A stretch of DNA of 64,000 nt, from NCBI GenBank assembly GCA_053919585.1, contig CM132790.1. One strand, written 5' to 3'. The notes beneath the pieces were generated by a model. It searched no databases and had not been told where the DNA came from. It was given only the letters and a program-made list of their open reading frames with translations. Positions 1 to 13,249 of the stretch are shown piece after piece; positions within the stretch are counted from its first letter, which is position 1; each line of letters begins with the position of its first letter. Source of the DNA: Euprymna scolopes. Its lineage: Eukaryota. A program made the translations under genes and the position numbers.

Positions 1-182
1 GAATATTGACACCGTTCGTAAGATAACGAATTTGATAACGGATGCGTTCCCCGACGTTCCACTCATCCCGACCGTAGGAAATCACGATTTCTTCCCTGAT
101 GCGCAGACTTCAGCCTCGATGTTGGATGATTTTGCTAACGTCTGGTTTAACGAGTCTGGTCTGTACACAATGTTCAGAAAAG
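1..182 (+). CDS. SMPDL3: Internal exon of acid sphingomyelinase-like phosphodiesterase (5' part outside window)
   Basis: Frame from base 2 reads NIDTVRKITNLITDAFPDVPLIPTVGNHDFFPDAQ...MFRK-G, containing the metallophosphoesterase GNHD motif. Ends at AG|GTAAGA donor (phase 1). Too short for the ORF track. Confidence 0.88.
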
Positions 183-1642
183 GTAAGACACAACTATAAG
201 ACCTTAAAGTCACTTCTCGATGAAGAAAGTGCAACAAACGATGATATCGACTTGAATAAATGCAATCAATAATTTAAAAAATTAATGCTGAAAGGAAACC
301 CAATTTTTGAAAGTTGAGGTGATAATTGAGATGCATAATAAATAGTGACAAGCGTATAATAATGTGTTGTTACATGAGATTTGGTTACATACTAAAGTAT
401 TTTAGTTGAAGTCGCGAGACGTTGAAATCTGCCCGAAGACGGCGCCATATTTTTCTGTTTTTTATTGGATGATTAGTTTCATTCAACTATTACGCATAGT
501 TCTATTTACGCATACTACATTGTGCATAATTGCGTACCATCTAGAGTGAAAAATTTATAGCCCGACACATATGTGCATATATTTTAATTCCAAGCTCCTT
601 ATTGTCGAACTTTATTTAATATATTGGAACCTTACGCCAGTGAGTAGAGATTATATTAACTAGTATGATTTTCGACGAGGTTTACATTGGTGCATGTCAG
701 GACAACCTGGCGGCAAACGGAAATAGACCCAACTACTGGTGGCGTGATTGAAGGGAAGTGTCAAAGGTTAGCCTACTAGACAAAACACGCCAGAATTGAG
801 GTGTCGAAATATAGAAGGTGATGAGGTCACGCCTGCGAGGAAAGAAAGAAAAAGGAATTTGGAAAGCAAAGATGTGCCCGATAATCTAAGTGAATACTGT
901 ATTCAGACTCTGCCCGTGCGTCGCCCCCATTAAGATAAAATTAGAAAAATAAGTTTTAAAAAAATTAAGTAAGAAATAATTTTGGTCTCTTCCCAAAAGA
1001 CTAAACTCTCTGAATAAAACCCTGTAACACTGTACACTTTTTTTGACGGTTCAGTATAATCTTCCGTCACATTTTATCGGACCCAACACGTTGTAGATGA
1101 AAGTCTCGCAAAGAAACAGAGGAAATGAAAAGGAAAGAAATTCAACTCAGTCTTTTTTAACAAAAATCATTTATTCTTGGTATTTCAAACAACGTGCTGC
1201 CTCTTGTTTTAAACAGTTCATTTCTCGCATCGACATGTCTTGTCAAAACGAAATGAGGTTAAAATGTTTACGATTCCGATACGCCCAAATGTTCTGATTT
1301 TTTTCGATTCCAATTAGTCGTCCTAAAGTTAGACGAAAATATTCGTATACATGATTAGGTATAAATTTTAAAACATTTTTCATTACTTCAAATATATGTT
1401 TAGATTAAATTAAGAGTTATAAAATAAATAAAATTGAATTTTTTAAAAACTTTCGTAGGAAAAGGTATTCTACTCTTTTGAAAATTGTCATTATGTTAAA
1501 GTTAAAAATTTATTTTCCGGAATAAAGTCTATAATATATTGAATAAATACTGAAAATTTGATATTTATCTATTTGCAGATTAAAAAATGGATGTGTTTTG
1601 TTTTTGTTTTATATCTATATATGCGTGGGTTCGTCGGTTGTT

Positions 1643-2027
1643 GTCTAGAATTCAACCTAATTAAAACCAAACGGTTACAACAAAAATGTCAAATTCAAAA
1701 AATTGCATAAATTGCTGAAGCAGTTTTTATTTTTTTTACGACTTTTAACGATGTTAATAGTAAATTGTACTTATTACACAACTGATTTTTATCTCAGTAG
1801 TTCGAATTGAGTTGTATCCCTTTATTTAAAACAACATACCAGATCAAAACAAACTCGAGTATTCATAAAATTTGATTATTTTAGTTAAAAAACAACTACT
1901 TGATCAGTCTACGCGTTTTTTTTTTTTTTTTTTTTTTTTAATATGACACTTTCGCTTAGTGGCGAGTACACACATTATAAAGATTTTCTGCATTTTTTTT
2001 TTTTTTAATTAGGTTGAATTTTGGACA
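1643..2027. mobile_element. Possible MITE (inverted repeat pair)
   Basis: GTCTAGAATTCAACCTAATTAAAA near 1643 is the near reverse complement of TTTTAATTAGGTTGAATTTTGGAC near 2003-2026. Ends not defined. Confidence 0.35.
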
Positions 2028-2123
2028 AGCGTCTGTTCCTGATTGCGTTTGTAGTTGACCTATACATCTTTAACCCCGACAAATAGTTTTCTTTATTTTT
2101 GTTGTTTTTGTTTTTGCATTCAG

Positions 2124-2293
2124 GTGGTTATTACAGTGCGAAGGTTGCCCCGAAACTCAGATTGATAAATCTGAACACCATTCTATACTATAAGAGAAAT
2201 AAAATTGTAAATCCAACTACAGATCTTGATCCTGCGGGACAATTTGATTGGCTTGAGAAAGAACTGCATTCATCACGAAATGAAAATAAAAAG
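2124..2293 (+). CDS. SMPDL3: SMPDL3-like exon
   Basis: Pyrimidine tract + CAG acceptor. Reads GGYYSAKVAPKLRLINLNTILYY...DPAGQFDWLEKEL...NKK. AAG|GTGAGG donor. Phases (1 in, 0 out) fit the neighbouring exons. Confidence 0.9.
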
Positions 2294-2439
2294 GTGAGGG
2301 AGAATTTTCAGCATTTGTATTGTTTTGGGCCACTTTTTTTGTTTCATTTTTGAAGAACTCCTTTCAGAACAGGGGAGACAAATCAAAAATCCAAAAATAT
2401 CAAAGTGAAACAGCTCCATCAAAATCAACAGTGCATGCC

Positions 2440-2700
2440 ATTTCTGAAATGACCTTTTCCCTGTTGATTGCACTAAGTTGCTTGTCTGGTGCAGTTCTAG
2501 GAGGTTCACTCTCCCAGGCTTTGTCGTCTCTCTTTAAGAAAGGATTAGTTTATTGCTAACCGCCTGAGGTGCTCCCCCAGGGAAATGCCGATGGAGCCGC
2601 CATGCATTTTTTTTTTTTTTTTTTGACAGGCCAGTGTTTTTCCTCAATTCCACTTTCCGACTTTTGTGTCACATCCTCCCGTCTTGAAAGGGAAATAAAT
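2440..2700. repeat. Dispersed repeat, second copy at ~19320-19555
   Basis: Shared core GAAAGGATTAGTTTATTGCTAA with flanking similarity (…GGAAATGCCGA…, …TCCGACTTTT…). Confidence 0.7.
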
Positions 2701-2892
2701 AATTAGGTGGAACATATTCATTTTTTAAAATTATTATTATTTAAAAGTCCCTTGAGTACAGCCGTTAATGATATCAAAGTCTACCTTTTACTTTATTTTC
2801 CAGATCGAGGAAAAGCATTTTATTTGTAATACAAGCAATATTTACTGATTGTGTAATAATCTATTCTATTTCTTTATTTTTAATTTACGAAG

Positions 2893-3064
2893 GTTTTCAT
2901 CACCGGGCACATTCCTCCTGGACTTTTGCCCAATGGGAAAAGTTGGTTTCCTGCTAATTACAATGAGCGGTTCATTCAGATCATCCAAGAATATGCAGAT
3001 GTGATTAATGCCATGTTCTTTGGTCATGATCATGCAACAATTTTTAAAATAATTACATCAAATG
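2893..3064 (+). CDS. SMPDL3: SMPDL3-like exon with metal-binding His motifs
   Basis: Reads VFITGHIPPG...YNERFIQIIQEYADVINAMFFGHDH...SN-G (GHxPPG and GHxH motifs). AAG acceptor, G|GTAAGT donor, phase 0 in and 1 out. Confidence 0.9.
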
Positions 3065-4599
3065 GTAAGTACAACGATACCGGATTGCATGAGGTCCCTA
3101 AATGACGTAAAGCTGTGTTTTTTCCTCAAACTGCTAGGCTGATGCATCTACCACTAGTCTCTCACTCTTAGACAAGCCCCAATAAAGAGTCTTAATCTGC
3201 AAATGAGTGTGTATGGTGACTATATGCAAATAAAAGCCGTGTGTGAAATGATGTCACGGTAAAAAAAATAAAAAAAGAGAAAGCAGAAAGAGCATATTAG
3301 AGAAGACGATCACGTCAGAGACGTGGGTGACGTCACAGTTGTAACGAAGTCACGTGTGGCGGGAGACTGAGTGTTATATAGTGGAGGGTGGATATTATGA
3401 CAACATATCAATGTGTACATATATCGGAGTGTTGTATATCGAGATGTTGACATATGACGGGATACATTTTAACAAGAACAAAATTTATAACAGAGGCTGA
3501 GACATTTATATTTTTGGTACATCATGACGACTGTGATGAAAATTATTTTATCATATCATTAATACGAACTGGGAAAGGCATTTATGCAGTTCTTTTTTAC
3601 ATATAGAGACTTCTTTATGATGTTGGTGGAGACACATAATACTTGAAGGGGGTTATACAAAGTTCATTCACAGATGATAGACAAAACACATTTACCTTTC
3701 TGTTGTAATGATGACGGCGACATTTATTCATACCAGCTGATGATGATAATGGTCAGGGATTCACGCCTTTATGATTACATTGTTTTATCTTCCCCACCTC
3801 TCGCCTCCAAGAGGGCGTCAACTCCTAATTTGACCGACTCGATTTCCTCTGAGTCTCTTCATACTCTTCTCCTAACTGACTCGAACCCATCTCATTATAT
3901 TGGGGATTCTCTTTCTTTATGACGTCAAAGGCTTGCTTCGACACGTGAATGAATTTCACGTGGATTTCACCTATGTATGTCCAAACACGCCTTTGGCAAA
4001 CAAAGAAATTCCTAAATGAATTGTTTCATTTATAACCTATTTATTTTATTATTATTTCTAAACTGCATTGTTTATATCTAACTCTGACATAAATAACATT
4101 TAGTTATTTCCAAGAACAATGAGAATCGTTCTACATTTCTAGGATTTCAATATGTATTCTTTTTTAACTTTCCTTACTGGGTTCGATTCTAACCTTTTCC
4201 AAATATCATTTTCAAACTTATCTAGTTTGCTCTTTTAATTACTGATGTCTGTCCTCTTCTTATGTAATACGAGGGCTAAAGGTTTTTTCTTAAAACCTGA
4301 AACAGGAGTTTAAGTTCTTTCCTATTCCTTGTATCCTTTGCAATTGAGTCTACAACGTGTGGGTCCCGAGTGTCTACATGTTTACACATGTGTAGTTGTG
4401 GAAACCTAAGTGAAGGTGTACAACATTACACAAATACTACACACTCTAAGTGTAATAATCTAAATTTTGTTTGCCTAGAGAGAATTACAATTTGCATGAG
4501 TATGGAATGTTTCCTATCCAATTTCAAGTTCATCCCTTTTATAACTAGAAAAAAGTTAGTGCATAATGTGATGGTCGATCAATTTTTATTGCCATTGTA

Positions 4600-5170
4600 A
4601 ACAGCTAACAACTGGCAATGTCTCCTTGACACGTTGTAAGTAGTCAACTCAATCGGTTGTGATGTCTTTCTGTAGTAATAATAGTTATTCTTTACAAACC
4701 CACAATACGTCCATGCATCGACTATTGTTGCCACATCTGGGCTGATGCATCTACCACTAGTTTCTCACTCTTAGACAAGGTCCAATAAAGAGTACCAAAT
4801 CTGATAGATCTCGCACTATCGGCCAAGCTCAAACCTCTGTCCTATCACTACAATGCCGCATCCTTGAGCCTGTTTAAAAGTATTTAATGGGATGTGTTCT
4901 GATGAACTCATTGCATTATGCTTCTTGGACATACATATTTCCGGCTAACCCAGAAAACAACAAAATCTCACCCCTATACTGTTGAGGTCTCTAGATGCCG
5001 TAAAGCTTTGTTTTTTCCTCAAACTGCTAGACTTTACAATTCCTTCCCTGTTTCTTGCTTCTCTAACTGTACTAACCTGTAGAAGTTTAAATGCTATGTG
5101 AACCGACATCTTGCTGCTCAACTCCCTGTTAGACATGATCTCAAATAGTAGCCTCCTATGTTCTGAGTTG
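4600..5170 (+). mobile_element. Decayed LINE 3' fragment (CR1/L2/Jockey-type RT C-terminus)
   Basis: Reads LYKPTIRPCIDYCCHIWADASTTSFSLLDKVQ with stops. Related pieces at ~3085-3190, ~17480-17640 (minus) and ~18250-18450. Confidence 0.7.
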
Positions 5171-5635
5171 CAATATGTCTTGTTTGAGGTGAAAAAAAAA
5201 ATTCTGCTTAATCGGTAGTGGTGTTTTTCTATAATAGTGGCAGTATCTGTTATTGCAAAGATCATATTGATTTCTTTTTCACTCTTTGTGGCTGCAATAA
5301 TAGAAGCAATTCAAAAGAACAACAATAATTATTTGCACTGAGCTGCATCTTAGTTTCTGCTGGGTTTATTTAATAGCTAAATAAATGCATCTTTCTCACC
5401 GATACTCATAATAGTATTAAAAGAGACCCCAAAACGATCTATTTTCACATTGACATTGAACATTCAAGTAGCAGGATTCATCTTGCCTCTTTTCCACGTT
5501 GCTTTCTATGTACATGTCACTTCAAATGGAATTTTTTTCTTTCTTACTCTAACCTCATGTGAAAAATTCCGTTTTTAACCTTATTTGTTTACACAAACAT
5601 CCAATCTCTCTGTTCTGTTGTGGAGAGATGAGATG

Positions 5636-5638
<3 letters not shown>

Positions 5639-5687
<49 letters not shown>

Positions 5688-5775
5688 TTGTGTATATATA
5701 TTCTTGTTTATATATATTCTCGTTTATATATATTCTCGTGTATATATTTTCTTATGTATATATATTCTTGTGTAT
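5639..5775. repeat. (TA)n microsatellite and TA-rich minisatellite
   Basis: Directly visible. Confidence 0.95.
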
Positions 5776-5857
5776 GTGATGTCTATATAATTGTGACATG
5801 GCCGTGACGGCCTGTCTTCTGTGCGTGCATATCTACAATCATGGATGTGTGTGTGTG

Positions 5858-6198
5858 TGTTGTGATATAAGAAGATCTTAAGACAGGTGTAGTACTTACC
5901 AACACAACAAACGCCCTCGTGTTTGTGCCTTGTATAGGCATGCGCGACAACAAAACTTGGGTTTTTATAAGCGGAAGTCTCAAGGTTGTCAGGAATCTAC
6001 AGGCGCATGCGCAAGAGAAGGGATTGAGATAGTGGTATAAAGGCAGGTCGAGTGAGAAGGTTGTTGTTGTTGTTGTCATTGGACGTTACAGTGACGCGTG
6101 CGTTAACAGGTGATTAGGAGGCGGTTTATTTTTGTGTGTCAAGTCGCGCACCTCGGTGAAGGTCATATAAATCGTCCACCTCGGTGAAGGTCATAACA
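5858..6198 (+). mobile_element. Possible solo LTR
   Basis: TGTTGTGA...TCATAACA terminal inverted ends, ~340 bp, TATAAA followed by (GTT)n. No target-site duplication found. Confidence 0.45.
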
Positions 6199-7095
6199 GG
6201 TACTTTTTTTCTCATTCTGGGTCTCCCCTTCACCCGCGACGATTCATTCCTGCTCCCCAAAAACGCGACTTGATTTTATGGTTTAGAGAAGTCTTTATTT
6301 GATAGGGCCTTTGCATCTTTTTTCTTTCTCCATTTTCTCATCCTTAATCAAGATTATCTTACTAAAAAACTCTCCATGATTCCCTGTTAACTGGCTCTAG
6401 GCTAACTGCGATTAACTAGACTAAAAACGCACGTTTGTCCTTATTTATTTTAACATGTATGTGTAGGGTGGTAACCCCATTAACTGGTTTGCACTCAAAA
6501 CGCACCGACCTGCCTCATGGTCCCTTGCTAGCATGCAGATAGGTGCACGTGAAGTCAATGAGTTTGAAACCTGTCAGTCTCAACCTTTTCACCTCTCTGC
6601 ACTTAACTTAGAATACAAATCAGTTGTTCCAAGCTAGTACGACGTTAACCACATCATTGACACATAACATCTCTACAAGTAAACATACTAACGTACAGAT
6701 CGACACACTACTTTATATCAGTTGCGATATGTTGTGTATATCCTAATATACTTATATTTTATCTATAACGAAACGAGAAAATTATTTAAATGATTCAGAG
6801 ATGTGATTTACCATCAATGTTTAAAATATTAATACTAATATTACTTTAGTTAGAATAAATAAATAATTACTTTATGGTTCTTAGATAGTCTACTTATTTA
6901 GAATATTAATTCTTTAAACATTTGTCAAGTATATTATTTAATTGGAATTCTTTTTGAGATGAGTAATTATCCTCATGTTTTAGTTGTTGTTTCACGCTAT
7001 TTCAGCCAACAAGTGAGACGACAAAAACTATGGAAGGCAGTAATTGCTGAGTATACAGTTAGGAGACTCGCCATTCCTATTCCGTTGCGATAAAC

Positions 7096-7137
7096 CACCT
7101 GATGAAGGCCAGAGGAATAGTTGGCCGAAATGTTGTA
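7096..7137 (+). ncRNA. Minimal type I hammerhead ribozyme motif
   Basis: CAC-CTGATGA-A-GGCCA(gaggaatagt)TGGCC-GAAA-TGTT-GTA. The second copy reads GAAACGTTGTG, giving the palindromic mini stem III and CAC/GTG stem I. Confidence 0.7.
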
Positions 7138-7187
7138 AAACAACAACTAAAAGATGAGAATAAAAGTCCGCAATGAATAAATAAATA

Positions 7188-7393
7188 AATAATACAAATT
7201 ACTCATCTTAAAAATAATACAAATTACTTATCTTAAAAATAATACAAATTACTCATCTTAAAAATAATACAAATTACTCATCTTAAAAATAATACAAATT
7301 ACTTATCTTACAAATAATACAAATTACTCATCTTAAAAATAATACAAATTACTCATCTTAAAAATAATGCAAATTACTCATCTTAAAAATAAT
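7188..7393. repeat. 25-bp tandem repeat, ~8 copies
   Basis: Unit AATACAAATTACTCATCTTAAAAAT recurs at 7191, 7216, 7241 and so on. Confidence 0.95.
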
Positions 7394-7594
7394 TCCAATT
7401 AATTAAATAATACACCATTTGGTACAGACTCGATAATGGAAGATCAGATAACAAATAAATGTGGATTTATAAGACCAAAAAGTCTAACCTTGATCGCCCC
7501 TTCGGGGCTCATGGCGCAGTGGATAGAGATAAACATTGTCTGAAGATAGCGGTTTCAATCCTTTCCAAAACCGGCCAGAGGCTTAGAGTGCCAA

Positions 7595-8472
7595 AATGTG
7601 GTGATCTTGAGCGCGTGGTACAGTGGTGGAAGAGGTGGCTTGTTACTTTTAATGCATCTAAAACCAAGTTCCTATCTTTACATCATCAACTGATCCCCAT
7701 CTGGCATCAATTGAAATGAATGGCTCTCGTCTAGGGGAAGCTCCATGTTTTGATAAGCTTCTGGGCTTGACCTTTACTCCTGGCCTGAAATGGAACACGT
7801 ACATCAAGTCAGTTGCCAAGGTCGTTGGAAAAATGGTAGGATCCTTTTACCGCTCCAGAAGATATCTCACTGCTGATGTAACTCTCTATCTATATAAAAG
7901 TCAAGTACATCCAAGGATGGAGTATTGCTGCCATATCTAGGCAGGAGCTGCTAAAAACAGCCTATTCTGCCTTGACAGAGTACAAAATAGGCTTTGTGGC
8001 TAGGTGAGGGATGCCTTTTTCTCTTCCCTGCAATGTCTCTCCCACAGTCTCTCTTGTTACTTCCATGGCAAGTGCCCGCCTGAGCTCCAATATCTGGTCC
8101 CCCCTCGCCAATCTTTCATGATAAACACCCGTTTATCTGAAACCACTATCAAAAGTTTTCCCCACTCTTTATCTGTGCCAAAACCAAAATGTAGATTCCA
8201 TGAACAAAGCTTCTTTCTTAGAAGTGCACGCCTGTGGAACGCTCTTCCATTTGCTTGTTTCCCACCTGACTACAACCTGGATGTCTTCAAGTCCAACATA
8301 AACAAACACATGATGAACCGCCCCCTTAAGTAAGACACTTTATCAAATCTCCAATACTAGCCATTACTACGATACTATCTCATTGATTACTGTACACGCA
8401 ATAACCCTTATCCCCAAGTGGCTTCCGGGCCTTGATAAGTGATGACTACCTTGTAAAAAAAAAAAAAAAAAA
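7595..8472 (+). mobile_element. 5'-truncated LINE (RT C-terminus, 3' UTR, poly(A))
   Basis: ORF pieces WLVTFNASKTK, LYLYKSQVHPRMEYCCHI, SFFLRSARLWNALP; ends in an A tail at 8455-8472. The same 3' tail recurs at ~16205-16260 and ~18990-19058. Confidence 0.85.
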
Positions 8473-9678
8473 GACGACAACAATATGGAAGGCAGTAATT
8501 GCTGAGGATGCAGTTAGGAGATTCGGCGTTCCTATCCCATCATGATTAACCACCTAACAAAGACTAGAGGAATAGTTGGCTGAAACGTTGTGAAAATAGA
8601 AGATGAGGGTAATAGTCTGCAATAAATAAATAGTCTGTCAAGCAGGTGAAATATTAAAACGTGTATTATTTAGACAAAATTGCTCGACAAATTGCAATTT
8701 AAAAAATATTACAGAAAATTATAATACATACTTGTTATTTGTTTACTGTTTTAAACACTAGACTTGACACATAACAAGAGCAAAACAACTGATTTGCCTT
8801 GTCATTGCTTACTGTAGTGCACTGCACAGAAAATTAGGAAGTACGGTAGCTGACTATAACCTGATTTTATATGCCTTATTGCAGTTGGCTATTTTTTGCT
8901 AAATAAATTTTCTTTGATTTTCTTTGATTATTTCATATTATTTCATGTTGATGAGAAATAGATAAGTCTTTAGTAGATAATGTTCATATTTTGAACTCAA
9001 GCAACAAGAATGAAGGTGAATTTCTGTTCCAAATTCTTTTTAACAAATCTATCTATAAATCTATAAAAGTGAAAATGTGTGTGTGTGTGTGTGTGTGTGT
9101 GAAGCCACTTCTCAACCTATATATTCTACTAATTTTTGATCTACAGACTTGCAGTTTGGTATATACAATGATCAAATATATGGAAAAATTTTAATCTCGG
9201 TCTGTTAGTAGTTTCACCTAAGTCAAAGCCACACTGCCCAAATGATGGATTCTTAACTTTATATGACAAAACAACTAAAGTATATGCAGCCAAGCAGTCC
9301 ACCCATTTTCCCTTTCAGACTTAACCCAACTCTGTAAATCAGAATTATTCCCAGTGTTGAATGAAAGATGGATGATGTAAAGTTGAGGCAGGAGAATAGA
9401 TGTCCAACACTAAAGTATAGACAAAACACAGAGTATTATGAATGAAATCATGTTTCTGAAGAGGAAAACTAAGTTTTTAAGATCAATCTTTCTGGAAAGC
9501 CGTACACACAAGACATAACCAATAATCTAAAGCAAATGTTACTTTGATGTCTGTCCGTCTGTGACACTCATTTCACTAAGTTAGAAAGTAAAGTTAAGAA
9601 GTAAACAATTATCTAAGATAACATTAGAGTCGATTCATCAGAAAAATTATTAATCCTTTTTTTGTTTTATTCTTTCAG

Positions 9679-10199
9679 GAAAAGGTTCGGTGCCTGTACT
9701 TATTGCACCATCCGTGACACCATGGACATACAAATATAATCACAACCCGGCAATGTGGCTTGTCACATATGATCGACAACTTGCGACTCCTGTCAGAATA
9801 GATCAGTATTACAGCGACTTGCTGCAAGCAAACCGACTGCAAAAGCTTGATTATGTGCTCAGCAATTCACTCCCTGGCGTGTATAAAATGGACAACATCT
9901 CTGGTGAGTCGCTGTTGGATTTACGTGAACGAATGAAATCGGATGATCGATTGTTTCGCCTCTACATGAAATTCATGTATGCTAATGTGACCACAGACAA
10001 GCAGCCTGAAATCAATTTGGACTTGAAGATAAGCATATTGTGTGCAATGAGTAATATGGATAGAACATCATATGGCACTTGCAAAGCACATGGAATTAAG
10101 CTGGAGAATAATGCATTTAAAACTGCCATAAGCATGACCACATTGCTGAACGCTTTCATAATTGCACTTATTAGTTTAGATTTGCTTATTTTTTGCTAA
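9679..10199 (+). CDS. SMPDL3: SMPDL3-like terminal coding exon
   Basis: TTTCAG acceptor in phase 1. Reads GKGSVPVLIAPSVTPW...HNPAMWLVTYD...LCAM...YGTC followed by a hydrophobic C-terminal tail and TAA. Confidence 0.88.
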
Positions 10200-10249
10200 T
10201 GATTTTGTTTTTCTTTTGCACAAAGTGTACGTTTAACACCCAAATTATG

Positions 10250-10983
10250 CAGGCAGCTGAAAGGAGCGAGTTTAGCATTGCACCATATCTGACGTCACTA
10301 AAATAACATGCTGTCTTAAACTGCATGACTGAATCTAAGAATAACATTTAACGAGAAAAAAGCTATTACTGAAAAAATGCATATACATATTTCTTATAAA
10401 TATGGAAAATTTGACACACTTAAATTGATAATAAGAGAAAATATCTACAGTCTTAATTCTGTTTTATTATCTTGTTATGTATACATACTAGCAGGCTTCC
10501 CGGTGTTGCTCGGTCATAAATATGCTTAAATATGATATTTTAATTTATGCAAATTTAGTATTTATTATTATAGAGCCAATTCTCTATTGATTATTATATT
10601 GTACCCAATACATCGTAGTGATTTTAAAAGTTAAAAAGAAAAAATATTTGTAAAATTGAAACCAAAATATCTAGCTCTTCAGTCGTATTCGCTACCATAT
10701 GACGTAACGACACATGGATATCAAAGCTTAATAAAATTAACGCAGTTAAATATATAAATGAATATTTGCATATGCGTAAATGATACACATTAAGTCAACT
10801 TATGCCTGCTATATTCCAATTTTATTAATGTTGACCCCTTAGCAACTATTTTTACCAGTTAAAAAACCAAATCAAATTTGGTGCAAATCTCTTATATATA
10901 AAGTTTCAGTCTATATAATTGACAATCGTTTAGTAAAGACCGTTCCTCAAACAGACAGATAAGGACATTTTTATAATATATAC

Positions 10984-11016
<33 letters not shown>

Positions 11017-11480
11017 TGGTACAATGGAATCAATAATTGATAAAAGAAATATCAGTATATTCATTTAATTTCCACTGTACTTTTACAAAACGTATCCAAT
11101 AAAATTATTTGTGTAGACTCATACATTAATAGTAAACACAGATAACAATGAACCAATATGTTGATTTACGCCCAAGCAGACTTTTCTTTGCAATGTTTTT
11201 TTTCTTTTTGTGCCGAGTGTACATTCAATACATAAATGATGAATGCAACTAAATTATTCAAGTAGCTGAAAAGAACAAGTTTAACATGACACTGTATCTG
11301 ACGTCACTAAAATAGCATGCTACCTCAAACTACATTTTAAATTGACTGAATGTAAGAATGAATTCATGGATAAAAAAATTACCAATTAAAAATGTATATA
11401 TTTCTATGCATTTCTTATAAATATGGAAAACTTGACAAACTTAAACTTAATAATAAAAGAAAATCTCTGCAATCTGTTTT
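10250..11480 (+). repeat. Two diverged direct copies of ~200 bp (10270-10465 and 11280-11480)
   Basis: Shared TATCTGACGTCACTAAAATA.CATGCT and TTCTTATAAATATGGAAAA.TTGACA.ACTTAAA. Confidence 0.8.
10485..10990. mobile_element. Possible non-autonomous Helentron/DINE-1-like element
   Basis: TACTAGC…CCCGGTGTTGCTCGG hairpin end, with ACAGACAGA…TTTATAATATATACAGAT at the other end, followed by (GATA)n. Confidence 0.45.
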
Positions 11481-13249
11481 ATGTTTCAGTTTTTTAGATA
11501 AGGATTGATAATTCGTATTACTTGGTTATTTGCACTAATCTTGTTTTTTTTTCATATTTCAGTCGATGTAACCTCGGACCTTTTTTTTTCAGATAAGTCA
11601 ATAAGTAGATTTGAAAACAAAAAATAGGTTTAAAGCTCCCAAAATCCGTACTAGAATTGCCTGCAAGGACCCGTGTGTAAAGTACTTGATAAATTAAGTT
11701 GTAAGTTACACTCTCCTGGAGATTAAAAGTTTAATCCTTAGTGTGAGTAACAGTGAAAATATAGTTGTGAATTACATAAACCTTCTACTTAGTCATGGCT
11801 GACGGAACAAGAGGATCGAAATTCTGTGCAGATTCCCAAGTTCAACAGAAAGATTCCAGAGTTTGAGAAGATACACCTGAAGAAGGTCAGAGGTTAAATT
11901 GATCGAAACAATGTGAAAATAACAATCAGAATAAGAACAGTAGTTGAAAGGATCGAAATAATGTGAAAATAACAATCAGAATAAGAACAGTAGTTGAAAG
12001 GATCGAAATAATACAAATAAATTACAATTTTAGTTTATGTGTTCATTTGCTGTAAAACTATACATTTTTTAAAAATTTTTGTGTGATACGTGTGAACTGA
12101 CCATGCCAGTCTGAAAGAACAGCAATAGAATCACTACCCTACATGATGACCATATTTCATTCTGGCGAATCTTTTCACCGTATATGAGACGAAGAACGAT
12201 TTAATGTAGTCTGCAAGAAATAAAACTGGGCCAAGATCAAAGTATAGTATCTGTTCTTCAGGTGCTGCAGTATACTTTTTTATGTCTCGGTTAATGGAGA
12301 AGAAATCCTTCATTACTGATACATTTTTTTTTATTTTTGTTACTAACTAGAGTGCCCTTTTTTGGGGAGCTGATTTCCCCCACATTAAAAACCGACCTCA
12401 TGTCTAACGCTGCCCTCGTGGGAGACAAGTAAGCAAAAATAAAAATACAAAATAAAATCATTGTTTTTTGCCATGAAAGCATTTTCAAAACCTAAGGAAG
12501 GTAACTTTTCTATTTATTTTTATTGATGGGAACTATTTTAGAACTTCGTTGGTCTTGGAACAAAGTGTATTTAGTCTTTATACAGATAGAGAATTGTGTG
12601 GGGATTGATGAGAGTTGGCTGCGAACCGGATGTTGACACATCCACGGTCAGAGACTGAATAAAAAAACGTCTTGTATGCACCAGCTCAACGCAGGGCTTC
12701 TGGTTGAAAAAAAGAAAAATAATAAAAAAAAATGATTGCAAACTAATGGGAAGCTTTGGCAACTTTAAAAAAAAACATTGATTTCTATCATCACTGGGAG
12801 CCCCTGGAAAGATTTTATGAACCAGGCAGTGAATTCAGCAGGATGATTCGAGAAGAGAATTTGTCTTGCTACGTCAGTGAACGTATGGACGGATTCTGTC
12901 ACCAAACCTTAAGAGATGTGAAGAAGAAAAGAAAAAAGAAGCCACTGAAGTGGACTGAAGTCAACTCTGCTCCTACGTTACAGGCCGAGCACCTTCATTT
13001 ACTAACCATTGCCTGATTCACACCTAAACCGACAAGTACAAACCAAATGAACATTCTCTTTTTGTTGATTTCTCTCACAAATTCACGGACATCCTCCTCG
13101 ACCACTAAAACAAACACTTTTCACTTACAGCCCATCAATAAATTAAGCTGCTTTTCTCACTTTTAAAATTTAATGGATGTCTTATTTATTTTATGGAGTC
13201 AGATAATTACATGTTAAAATACTAACCTAATTAAAACATGGGCTATAAT

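Larger units (their letters stand above)
6929..7414 (+). mobile_element. Penelope-like element end with inverted partial copy
   Basis: 6929-7010 is an inverted partial copy of 7120-7160 plus 7370-7414. Contains a hammerhead core. A diverged direct copy lies at 8473-8630. Confidence 0.6.

Noticed and set aside
7188-7393. Regular 25-bp repeats as a CRISPR array
   Set aside because: Head-to-tail units with no spacers, no cas genes, and a eukaryotic intron context.
11910-12010. 50-bp tandem duplication (similar 31-bp one at ~14813-14875)
   Set aside because: Ordinary two-copy local duplications with no further structure.
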